In this document: piece after piece, positions 38,974 through 49,800 of the stretch
Numbering within the stretch: the stretch's first letter is position 1
Layout of the letters: the number at the start of each line of letters is the position of its first letter
DNA from: Vezdaea acicularis
Lineage: Eukaryota
NCBI GenBank assembly: GCA_026025075.1
Contig: JAPEUI010000001.1
Coordinates: 372,001 to 423,731, forward strand
DNA: 51,731 nt
Direction: 5' to 3'
Program-made: the position numbers and the translations under genes
The notes under the pieces: model-generated
Databases searched by the model: none
What the model saw: only the letters and a program-made list of their open reading frames with translations
Told to the model about the DNA's origin: nothing

Positions 38974-40434
38974 ATGAAGTTCCTTGTGTATTTTCTTCTC
39001 CTTGCCTTCAGCGCTTTCGTCGCTGGGCATCCGAACTTTGCTAAACGTCTGGACTCTGGTGCTGGGGACACCATTCCCCATGATCCCGGTTTTAATGCCG
39101 CTGCACAGCTCATCGATGTCACTGGTCAACATGCGTACGTCCCTCCGAACTTTGCCGCTGGCGACCAGCGTGGACCTTGCCCAGCTCTGAATGCCATGGC
39201 CAACCACGGTTATCTTCCACATAACGGTTGGGCTACCATACAGCAATACGCAGATGCAAGCACCCAAGGTGAGAATCTAATACTTCCGTTCATGTTAGCC
39301 ATGCTAATAATTTCTCAGTTTTCGGCATGGACCACGTTCTCTCCACAATTCTTGCTATCCTTGGTGTAATCACAGCTGGTGATCCTTTGGCAATCCCGGC
39401 AGGTTTCTCCATGGGTGGCTACACTCAAAATCATGGCGGACTTCTTGGCGGACTTCTACCACCTCTCCTTGTTGGGCAGCCGAAAGGTCTTGACTACACC
39501 CATATAGCATATGAGGCAGATGCTTCTATTGTTCGTGGGGATTTTGACTTGTTCAAGTATGATAATTGTCTTATGTTCCTATTATTCGTTTGAATCAGAC
39601 GCTAACCTTTGGTCAATAGTGGCGACGCGTATACTGTCCAGCCGCAGTATTTCGTTCAGATGTACAACCTTCTCTTCGGAACCCCAGGTACAGATGCAGT
39701 TAATGCTATGCAACAGCACCGCTGCAATCGTGTCAAGCAATCAATAGCAGAGAACCCTTATTACTTCAATGGCCCTGTCGCGGGTTTCATCACCGGTTCT
39801 GTGCCCCACATCTTTGTTGCCCGTCTGTTTTCCAACAAGTCCGCGGAAAATCACATCGGTGAACTCACTCCGGACATCCTGAAGTCCCTTTTCGGTGTTA
39901 AGGGTGGCCCTGATCCTTCCACCTTTACCTATGAATTTGGCACGGAGCAGATCCCGAACAACTGGTACAAGACGGCCATTGGTGACGAGTACGGATTACT
40001 CGCCTCTGTCAACGACATTGTTGCCATGTGCAGCAAGTGTCCGATCATCTGCTCAATCGGAGGGAACACTGGGTCTCCCAATTCTTTTGTTGGTGTCGAC
40101 TTGGGCAGTCTCACTGGCGGGGTCTTGAATGCGGGTAATCTCCTTGAGGGAAACAATGCCATCTGTTTCGCCCTTGAGGCGTTGCAAATAGCGGAACCAT
40201 CAGACGACAATGGTCTGCTAGAAAATGTCATCATCTCTCTTCTGGGTTCGGTTCTTGGGCCAGTACTCCCCACGTTGGGCTGCCCATCGTTAGCCAGATT
40301 CAACTATTCGCTGTAAGTTCACAACGTAGTTCACGCATGTTCAAGACACAATCTAACCTTTCTTTCTCCACAGCTTTGACTCCTTCCCTGGTTACGCGAA
40401 GGCTGGTGGTAGTAAGGCTCTTGGTGGAACCTAA
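38974..40434 (+). CDS. Secreted heme-thiolate peroxidase (unspecific peroxygenase/chloroperoxidase family, long type)
   Basis: Signal peptide; DQRGPCPALNAMANHGYLP with the proximal Cys; YEADASIVRGD (EGD/EHD-type cation site); SIAENPYYF; EQIPNNWYK. 3 coding introns; ends FPGYAKAGGSKALGGT*. Confidence 0.92.
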
Positions 40435-41872
40435 GACTGGGAAGAACAGGATTGTGGCTTTGGCTTGGATGGCAGGGGAGTTTGCGTGGGATACCTGGCC
40501 TTGCTTTTTGTTCGCTTCGGTGCGATTTCTCTTGTGACAAGCATCTCTGCGAGGGGCAATTTGGGCTACACTTGCATGGTCAATAGCATTCGTGGCTTTG
40601 CATGGGCTAGCGGCGACGGGCACTGGTGGCTTCAGGACTTTTGCATCATCCAAATCAATGGCATTCCACCGATGCACTCTCTGTTTCGCGCCACCAATGC
40701 CCCCTGTGGTGTTGGATGTATGATGGACGTCGTGACCGCTCAGTCTGATCTGTGCCTGCAAGCCATCCCAGTGATATTACCACATCGAGCCGGGGTGTCT
40801 CAGCCCCACAAGTTCTCCTGGCCAGGTAGTTTTCTAGCGCTGCAGATCTCCCCGCATCTCGCTTTTCACTAGCGGTAGCTCCCTTCTTACTGCTGTCGGG
40901 TAGACACGGCGAAAGCATCTTGCTTTTGCTCAAGGTGATGCGCAATTCTACCATGGCACCTGCTCAGGAACTGCTGCTGGTTGGACGTCCAGCCAGCCAG
41001 TCAGTTGCGTCGAATATGTAGAGGCCTTTTCCAAAGACGCGTTAACTTTGTATCTCACAACACGACCAGACCCGGGCCAGCGCGGCGTATGCTCCAAGAA
41101 GACGTTTCTGGTGAGGCGCCCGCCCACAACATCAGCAGCGACCCATCCATCACCCGCCTCCATCTCGCCCTGACCTCCGCCACATGCACGTACATCCCAT
41201 CTCAACACGCCCCCCCCTCCTCCTAGGGGTGGGTAGCGAACCCAGCGCACGGGGCCACCCGACCCTTCCTCCCCCGGACCTCCACACCATCCCCGAACCG
41301 GACAGATCGCGCACGCCATGCACCGTATCCGATCGGGCGCCCGAATCGGGCCGCGTGAGAGATCCGATCCAGGTCTTTCGTTCGTTGATCGCTGGGTGCG
41401 AGGGATCCTGGTTGCAGATCTGGTTCGTGGGAAGTGCGCTAGAGCGGGAAAGGGAAAGAGATGCATAAGATGACACGGGATAGAGAGGTGTGGGCGCTGA
41501 TTGGGTCGGTGGAAGAGCCGGATCGGGGTGGAGAGGATGCGGTGGTTATGGATTGCTTTGGGGAGGGAGGGGTGGCTTGTTTGGGGAGGAGGAAGTGGCG
41601 TGCTTGCTGGTTGGAGGATGCGGAAGGGGGGGGGGGGTTCGATAGTGTATTATGCTGGGAGAAGGAAGGGGGGGAGGGTGCAGGTAGGTGCTATGGAGAG
41701 GGTTTGAGTGGGTATTTAAGCAGGGAGGGTAGTCTTGCTGTCATGGGTATCGCGGTCGTTCAGAGCAGACTACCGGCGGACTTCGAGGAAAGCTGAAGCT
41801 ATCCAACACCCTCATACAACGAACCATCACCAAAACCCCTCCTTTACTATCTAGGCATCCCCTTCTTGAACG

Positions 41873-42433
41873 ATGGCCCGACTCAACCTCTCCCTCCTCA
41901 GCGCCCTCTTCCTCTTCCTGGGACTCCTCCCCACCATTTACGCTGAGACGATAACCTTCACGGGAACTTTCATCCCCCCCCCAGACAGCCCGACCATCAC
42001 CCACGAAACCCTCAACTTCAACATCGACGTCGGCGGCAACTTGGTCATCGTCGACCCAGGCGCCAGCCTCGCCAAAAGCCTGAAGGTCGGGCTCATCCCA
42101 AAAACCATCCACGTGCCCACGATAAAGGAGACAGCGTCGAACGGAGATATCACTTTGACGGGGACCTATACCTCGCCGGGCACGCACCGGAGCCGGTTGA
42201 GCAAGAGGCAGGCCCCGACCAACGTAGACTTCACCTTGGGCGAAGGCTTGGAGGTAGTTTACGTGAATGGATTGGAGGAGGGCTTCAATCTCAATCTTAC
42301 GCCCTATCATGGCTACTCGGGGACATTGGCGATCTTTGAGGAAGATCCGGGCAAGGCGAAGCGTGCCGACTCCGTTTACGTAGGCGTGCAGCTGGCACTT
42401 ATCGTTGATTTGGATCTAGACGCAAACTTCTGA
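41873..42433 (+). CDS. Orphan secreted protein, cysteine-free, with two Kex2-type KR sites
   Basis: Signal-peptide-like residues 1-24, coding-like GC3-rich codons, intronless 186 aa, TATTTAA about 160 nt upstream. Confidence 0.8.
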   Translation: MARLNLSLLSALFLFLGLLPTIYAETITFTGTFIPPPDSPTITHETLNFNIDVGGNLVIVDPGASLAKSLKVGLIPKTIHVPTIKETASNGDITLTGTYTSPGTHRSRLSKRQAPTNVDFTLGEGLEVVYVNGLEEGFNLNLTPYHGYSGTLAIFEEDPGKAKRADSVYVGVQLALIVDLDLDANF

Positions 42434-42716
42434 GGTGGAGGTGGAGATGTTTGGAGACGAAGTGCTGCAGGCATCCGAAGGCATGTTGTATGGACGATTG
42501 CGTTGGTACAATAACATTCGTTGTATTCTTGTTCATCAGTTCTTGCATCTCGCGCGTTGTCGTACAAAAGGGGGGAGAAGCAACAATGGGGTGAGGCTCA
42601 GTGACGGGCGAGCGGTATTGATGTACAAACGGCTTAGCTGTACCAAGATGTCGGGGTTCTGTTGTGTATCTATATGAATGATTAGTCAGGAATTGTCACA
42701 AATTAGTTTGTTGCTG

Positions 42717-43224
42717 AACCCGTGACACTATTCCTTGTCAACCCTTCACACGAGCCACAAACACATAGAAACATCTGTACCGCATTTCGACAAAGTGCGC
42801 CACCGTGCACTTCCCTTAATCAGCTATTCCATAACCGCTACTAACATCACTCTTATAAAGACTATTAGAGCTGGCTAATAGCCACGAGACCTTGCAGTGA
42901 GAGGGGAGATGTGAGCGTGGTCCAGCAACCTCCGAAATGTAGTGATATTATTCATTGGGGAGGGATCCAACCCGTGGCACTATTCCCCGTCAACCCTCCA
43001 CACCAGCCACAAACGCATAGAAACATCAGTACCTCATTTCGACAACGTGCGCCACTGCGCACTCCCTTCAATCAGCTACCCCAACAGCCTAAGTCGCCAT
43101 CTCTAAACCCGGCTACTAGTGCTACCTAGTAGCCACAACATCCCGAACCCGGGAGGGTGGAGGGTGTGAGCTCCGTCAAGCACTTCTCTCAAGCGTTATG
43201 AAACCATCCATTGGGGAGGAAAAT
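42717..43224. repeat. Two-copy tandem duplication, unit about 252-256 bp, diverged
   Basis: AACCCGTGACACTATTCCTTGTCAACCC... at 42717 vs AACCCGTGGCACTATTCCCCGTCAACCC... at 42969. Matches continue through CATAGAAACATC, CATTTCGACAA, AATCAGCTA, TAGCCAC, TGTGAGC and CATTGGGGAGG. Confidence 0.9.
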
Positions 43225-43662
43225 CGAAAAAAACACAACCTTCCTATGAAAGCCATAGGAAAGAGAACACGCACAGAGCCTGAAAAAGAACCCGAAGAAA
43301 GAGTTCTCAGGGTATATGAAAAGGCATTGATACAGGCTTATCCCCATCTAAGCCCCGCTACCAGGATCAGAGTCGCCGCATTCATATCACTGTCTAAGCT
43401 CTCCACAACACCCTTCAAGAAAGAAAGAGAATATCCCGATACTTATCGAAGCGGGAGCCGCCGACGACGAAATCCCTCGCCTCTCGCCTCGCCTCTAGCT
43501 ATGTAAATCCCTCGTGACAAACCAAACAGTGCGATTCTTTTTTGCTACGCAACATTTGACGAGGTTGGGGTTGGGGACCGTGCACCCCGAGTTGGTTAGT
43601 ATGAGGCGTATTCCCTTTTTTTGGCGGAGGAGGAGCCAACGGAATATGTAGCTCGCGCTTGG

Positions 43663-43723
43663 CGAGAGAGAGAGAGAGAAAGAGAGAAAGAGAGAAAGAG
43701 AGAAAGAGAGAAAGAGAGAGAGA
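43663..43723. repeat. (GA)n/(GAGAAA)n microsatellite
   Basis: Purine-only GA/GAAA run seen directly. Confidence 0.9.
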
Positions 43724-43891
43724 GGTCAAGACTGTTGAGCAGAGGGGATATAAGAAAGACCTTCTGCCGCACAAGAGATAGGAGAGGGTCCCTGTCGACG
43801 TTCTTCCCGTGCGAACTTAACGCCGTCGTCAGCCTATACCAGGAGCCCGGGGTGACCAACCTCCTCCCCCGTACGTCTATCTCCAAAGACA

Positions 43892-44437
43892 ATGTCCCCC
43901 CTCCTCCTCCTCCACATCCTCGCCCTCCTCACTCTCCTCCCCGGAACAACCGCACCCCATCCCTACCTCGACCCCACACGCGTCAGCTGCACCAACACTC
44001 TACCACCACAACAACTCTTTCCTCCAACCCGTCCCTCAATGTGGTATTCTAGCCTGCAACAAGTCTGCGTCAACACCGCCGCCGTGCAAGCCGCCACCAA
44101 CCAGGTCTCGCTCGCTGACGAGCCGCCGCTCGGGCGGGGAGCCTTCGGTAGAGGGGGCGGACTTCCGCAGTTGAACTGCGTGTGTGGCAAGGATAATAGA
44201 GTCTATTGCTACCCCGGCGGGCTCTCGGATGAGGCGCTCTGGCTTAGTGGTGGACTTAGGAGGTGGTGCGAGGAGAGGTGTAGGTGTCTCCCCCTGTGGA
44301 AGGTGGGGAGGCGCAAGACTCCGTGGTGGAGGAGGTGGGTGGGGAAGGTGAGGGTGGTGCCGTTTGTGAGGGGTTTCGGGGGGGGGACGAGTGAGTTGAG
44401 GAGGCGGGATGGAGGGAGGGTGGGGAATGAGGGATGA
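43892..44437 (+). CDS. Small secreted cysteine-rich protein (8 Cys), effector-like
   Basis: Signal peptide MSPLLLLHILALLTLLPGTTA; Cys pattern C-C-CxC-C-CxxxCxC; ACAATG start context; TATAA at ~43750. Confidence 0.75.
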   Translation: MSPLLLLHILALLTLLPGTTAPHPYLDPTRVSCTNTLPPQQLFPPTRPSMWYSSLQQVCVNTAAVQAATNQVSLADEPPLGRGAFGRGGGLPQLNCVCGKDNRVYCYPGGLSDEALWLSGGLRRWCEERCRCLPLWKVGRRKTPWWRRWVGKVRVVPFVRGFGGGTSELRRRDGGRVGNEG

Positions 44438-45607
44438 GCGTGTTGGGTGGTGGGGAAGGGGAGGAAGGGAGCTGCTGGCGCGCTGGGGGATGGGGGATGG
44501 GGAGTGTTTAGATATCCTTCCTCTCCCCATTCCCCATCCCACCTAGCAACTTACGCGTAGAGAATCACCTCCCCTTCTATGCATCTTTCCCATCTTTCCC
44601 ATCTTTCCCATCTCCACCATCCCGCCAGTTCTTTCCAGCTCTATCCCGGCCGTCTTTCGTCGCTGCTACCACCAGCACCAGCACCACCGGGCATACCAGC
44701 CCACATCACTCAACGCGCAGAAGCCGGATCTAGGAGAGAGATGAAACATCGCTGAATGCGTTTGAATGTCAATAATGTCGTTGATGTCGTTAAATGTTGT
44801 TGGAGAAATGCATCCCATCCACGATACCCAGACAAAGGACTCATGCCGCCGAAGCTTACTGAAGGCTCAGATCGAGGGTTTGCCCGATTGGGGCGAAGCG
44901 CGGCTGATGAATATCGGAGGACGGAGATAGGTTTTTCCGCGCGGATGAACCTCCGAGAGAACCTCACCTCCGCAATAAGTTCGGATGACATGAGTTGTAG
45001 GATCGACGGCGGGAGGAGGAAAGGGGGGGGGGGGGGGGTATTCGTCACATCTCACGTATCACACCAAGCACACAAAACTGAACAAAGTCTTGCAGAAAAT
45101 CCAGTCTGACATTTCTCTCCAATCTAACTAATTTCCCGCACATCTCGCCTTTCCAGTCTCCTTAGTACTCCAAGCACCCCCCAGACATTTTCCTCGGAAA
45201 CAACAAGACAGATTCCCACAGCCCAGGGAATGCCGGCCCAAGAGCACCCTCGCAAAGATTAGGCGCACGCCCCGGGGGAAAAAAAAAGACACCCAAAACC
45301 CCGTGAGATGCAGCGCTGAAAAAAGACGACGGTTGTGATGGAAGGAAAAGATAAAGGGAAGGGGGCGTCGAAGATCTAAGGGACGCGGTGGAATGACGGT
45401 GGGGAATGGAAACGCCGGAGTGATGCTTGGGGTTTCTTTCTCTCTCTCGCTCGCTCGCTCGCTCAGGAGGAGGACGAGAAGAAGAGGGTGATGTGATGGA
45501 CAAAGGAAAAGGAGGTGTGAGGTCGACAAAGGGAAAGAATTGCGTTGCAGTTGCGTCGAAGTAGCGTAGTGATGATAGTAATCTTCCGACCCCACAAGCC
45601 ACAAGCT

Positions 45608-46861
45608 CTAAACATACTGCGGCCTCGCCCTCCCCCCAAGTCTCTCCACCCGCTCCACCCCGCCCAAGAAGCGCGAGAACAGCGAACCACCGGTGCGCAG
45701 CTTCTTGCTGGGCCCATTCTCGCCATACCCGTGATGGTCGAGCGAGAGGGAGGTGGGGTACGGCAACGGCTGCTTGATGGGGAGCGGGGCGAGATGATGA
45801 ACGACGCCGCCGGCGGGACTGCTGCCGTAGCGGGCGAAGCCGGCGCTCTCGTCCTCGGTGTCGAGGTAGGAGCTGACGACGGAGGCGGGGGTGTTGGCGG
45901 AGGACGAGGTGGAGGAGCAGCCGGAGGAGAAGGTGTCGGCGGTGCCGCTGCGGGCGAGACCGGGCACGTCGCTGGCGGAGGGGGGGGAGAGCGAGGGTTG
46001 TCGTGGCTGTGAGTGGATGCGCCGGTAAGAGTTCTGGACGTGCAAGGAGGACTGCGAGGCGTAGGTCGAGTTGGCAAGCGTGGGGCGGTACTCGGCCTGG
46101 TAGGCGACGGGGGAGTTGTAGACGGGGGACTCGTAGCGGTGGTGCTTGCGCTTCTGGTGCTCGAGGAGGTCGGCGTTGGCGGCGGCGGCGGCGGCAGCTT
46201 CACGCTGCTTGGCCAGTCGGGCGATAGACTCCTTCTCCACACGGCGGGCCTGCTGGGCGCGGATCGGGGCGAGGAAGGGCTCGAGGTGCTGGTACAGGTC
46301 TTGGGTGGTGACGCGGAGGTCCCAGTCCAGCAGGAAGAGGAGCTGCTTCTCCATCAGGTTGACCTCGGTGAGGGAGAAGCCAAAGTCGTCGTAGCCCTTG
46401 ACGGAGCTGTAGCGCGCCCAGTGCTTGTTCTTGGGCGACGAGTCGTTGAGGTTCTTCGCGGCGAGGATGAGGGAGGCGAGGAAGATGCGGTGGACGGTGC
46501 AGCGCATGCCCTTGGCGACGGGGGGAAGCCGCTTCTGCAGACGGGCGAGGTAGACGAGTGAGGTCATGAGGGTGGGGACCTGGACGTGGGAGCGGTTGAC
46601 GAGCGAGTAGATGAATTCTTCGAGGGTTGGGAGCGGCCGTTCGAAGGGGTATTGCTGCGTACCGTCCTGTGGAGGAGTTCGCGGCGGGGTGGGGGGGTGA
46701 TTTGGTCGGCCGTTGGGCATCGTCTCACACCGTATGACTTCGTGTGCTTTCTGTGCGAGGTGGGAGACCATCTCTCTCGACACGGACATATGGATGAATG
46801 TGTCGAGCGCGGCTCGGTTCATGTCGTTCATACTGTTCGTACCGTTCGTCGGGTAGGCCAT
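45608..46861 (-). CDS. PCL1: Pho85-associated G1 cyclin, Pcl1/Pcl2 family
   Basis: Cyclin box LPTLEEFI...[62 protein letters not shown]-rich tail. First ATG at 46861. Confidence 0.92.
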   Translation of the reverse strand: MAYPTNGTNSMNDMNRAALDTFIHMSVSREMVSHLAQKAHEVIRCETMPNGRPNHPPTPPRTPPQDGTQQYPFERPLPTLEEFIYSLVNRSHVQVPTLMTSLVYLARLQKRLPPVAKGMRCTVHRIFLASLILAAKNLNDSSPKNKHWARYSSVKGYDDFGFSLTEVNLMEKQLLFLLDWDLRVTTQDLYQHLEPFLAPIRAQQARRVEKESIARLAKQREAAAAAAANADLLEHQKRKHHRYESPVYNSPVAYQAEYRPTLANSTYASQSSLHVQNSYRRIHSQPRQPSLSPPSASDVPGLARSGTADTFSSGCSSTSSSANTPASVVSSYLDTEDESAGFARYGSSPAGGVVHHLAPLPIKQPLPYPTSLSLDHHGYGENGPSKKLRTGGSLFSRFLGGVERVERLGGRARPQYV

Positions 46862-49800
46862 CTTGGTCGTAATATTTCGTATGTTTGTGTGAACGTCCAA
46901 GCAAGGGGTGTATATATGCTATGGAAGGACTCGAGCAAAGGGCGTCGAGAAAGGCTGAGCGAGCGTTGCCGGAAGGGAGGGCAATAGCGTAGTGTGTAAT
47001 ATAATAATTAGAAGGCAGTGACGTGCCCCGTAGACGGTAGAAGTGGAAAAAAAAAGCGAAGGGTGGCAGTGGTGAGGTCGTATTCGGAGGGTCGATATAA
47101 GGAGTCGTGGAGATTATTAGACTTCTGCGCCAGGCAGAGAGTTATTTGGTCGGGCTGGAGGGACGAGAGATGATGAGGCAGATCTCGAGGGCGGGCGGAG
47201 TGGGATACTTATTCGAAGGAGGCAGGTGTCGGGTCCCCCTGCGGTTGATGCGCGCTCCATGGGCAGCGCGAAGGAGAATGAGAGGGTGAGTGGAGGGGAG
47301 TGGAGGGGGGAGGGTTTGAGGGTTTGGGGGGGGGACAGGCCCGGTGGCAGGAGGGGCACGGCGTCGGGACCGAGCAGCGGGCGCACCAAGCGAGACCCGC
47401 CAGATTCCTCGCGCCCTGGCCACTCGGTCGCGCCGATTCCCCCATTCTGCATTCTGCTTCATTCTGCGTCAGTCCCCTTCATTCCCCTTGCGAGCGGTCC
47501 CCTTGTGCCAGCGTTGGACGGGTTCGGGCCAGTCAATGTGCGTCGCCAGCAGCAGCAGCAGCCGCCACAGCCAATCCGCGCAGCGGCGTGAGACGATGCC
47601 TCCTTGGGACGGTGGTGGAGGGCAGGGGGTCCCGCCGGGTGCAGGGCAGGCGACGGGCGCAGGGCCGCGCGAGGTTTCGTGTTTCGGGATCGCCTGTTAC
47701 AGCGCCCGCCCGCCAACCTCGCGCCTCGAGCACCCCTGCCGGGCGCCGTCGCAGTTTGCGCGCTTGTGCGCCAAGCGAATGCCGCAATCCCCCCCCCACC
47801 GCCACCACTGGGAGGTGCCTGGGGGGGTGTCATGCTTGGGACCTGCCTGGGACCTGCCTGGCAAATGCCCGGCAAATGCCTGGGGTGGTGCGTGCCTTTC
47901 CATGGTCTTTCGTTGGCCCTTTGCCCCCCAGCGTCACCTGTTACAGCACCACGACGCCGACGCATCATGTTTGCCCCCTCGCCATTCCAGAAGTGCGACA
48001 TCAGCATTGGTCCACGCGCCTGGACAGCGCTTCGAGCGACGGACGGGGCGCGTGGGCGCGCGAGAGCAGCCATTCGTCGCGCCGGATGAGCGGCGGAGAC
48101 GCTACCTGGGCGCTAGCACGCTCCGACTTATTCCAGCGAAGGGCGAGAGGAGAGTGAGAGGCCAGCGATGGGCATGCGGAGAAGGCAGAGGGGATTCGTG
48201 GTGCCTCTCACGACGTTGGACCCCGTCAGCCGTTTCATCCACTCGACTCCCGCAACACCTCCACTCGACTCTCCACTCGACACACGCGACACACTCGACC
48301 GTCGGCCAGAGATCACCATATCTCTCGCCCGGGGCGAATCAGCGCGTGCACCGCCCTCGAGCAGCCGCATCTCAAACGGGGCCGGCGCCATGCCACTCGG
48401 TCCAAAACACCCTCACCGCTTTCCGGCGACGAGAGGGCAGTCGATGGATGGCTCAAAACGGATCAGCGGCGGAATTAGCTGTAACCTCCACGTCGACACG
48501 GTATTTTCGAACTCTTTGGACGACTCAGCAGTCCCAACGTCGTGATCCTCGCGAGCCAATCAGCCTCCCGCGACCGCACTCAGCTGATGCCGTGCCCACC
48601 GCTTGACCAAAGCTCTCGACCATGGGAAAATCCCATCAGTCGACCCATCGCCGTAAATGAAGACACCATCGCCATCGCCCAACAGCGGTTCGATGCAAGA
48701 CCCTCCCTCCCTTCCCAAGGTTGGAGGTGGAAGGAAGGGGGTGGTGGTGGAGTAACCACCTTACGCCGCGCCGATCACTCGAGGAATTTGATGCAGCGCA
48801 CTGGCTGCACTCATTCATTCCCGCCAGATGACGAGGTTGAATGAGACCGGCTCCACCTCTCGATGACGCTCGTGTCGTCCATGATCGGTCGTTCCATGGT
48901 CCGTCCGCTTTAACTTCGGTGGATGAGAGGGGAGGGTGGCGCCCCTCCGCCGAAAAATCCTGCTGAGTGATTAAAATCGACCGAGAACGAGCCACATACC
49001 GGCAATCAATGCGAGACATCGATTGGTGGTTATGCGTCGCCGGTGTCGAAAAACCCAAGCGAAAAAAAAAAGGGTTTGTGTGAGAGCGAAATGGGCCCTT
49101 TTTCAAAGGAATGGGGAAAGTATGAACGGGGACGAGACGCTCCAATGCTCAGTTGCATTTTGATCCGAGGCCATGACCCTTTCTTTTCGCAAATACGAAA
49201 AACGCCCACGGTAACCACGTACGTGTACACGTACTACTGTATTAGAACAAAGACGCCTGCGACCATTCACTCGTTCATCTCGGTCATTTTCTCGCCAGCG
49301 TCGCAGTTTCATTTCACCTGTACGCGTACATGGCACGATGGATGCGACGCTGACTTGGCCACCATCGAAAGTGGAGCGAGAGCGAAAATGTGGAGATATG
49401 ACAGTGCTCATGCTCATGCTCATGCTCAAAGAAGTCATGCCCAACGCTCACGCTCGAGACAGTCAACGTGGTCACGTCGCTCTCAACGCAAAAGCCGACG
49501 AGCACGTGCTCGGTCTAGGGCATATGTCTCTGTCATCCATCGGCCCCATCCAGAAAGAGCTTGTCGGTCTCCTCGGCCATCGCTCTTTCCCTCGGTCCGT
49601 TGAAGTTCCCCACATCCATCCCCCCTTTCCCGCTTCCGTCCTTCTTCTTCTCCCTATCCTCGCGTCACCCCACGCATATCAGCCATCCGAAAGGGCCATA
49701 GCCCCGCGCCGCGCACAAAATCCTCCAACGCCAAATCCAAACGGACATCTTTTCCCATGCCGGCCGGCCGCTGCTGCTACTGCTACTGCTACTGCGGCTC

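Noticed and set aside
40450..41500. ORFs between the peroxidase and the 41873 gene, including a fragment reading SSALPTNQIC on the minus strand
   Set aside because: No coherent start, signal peptide or domain. A decayed gene cannot be excluded but is unsupported.
43621..44052. 143-aa ORF with an RE/KE repeat
   Set aside because: Translation of the GA microsatellite running into an alternate frame of the Cys-rich gene.
45463..46561. Pro-rich and Gly-rich ORFs overlapping the cyclin
   Set aside because: Alternate-frame and antisense shadows of the GC3-rich PCL1 coding sequence.
47300..48606. Long overlapping ORFs (285 and 420 aa) upstream of PCL1
   Set aside because: They start at non-ATG codons, are rich in Arg/Ala/Pro/Gly, are open in several frames and show no domain. 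This is expected from GC-rich, stop-poor DNA.
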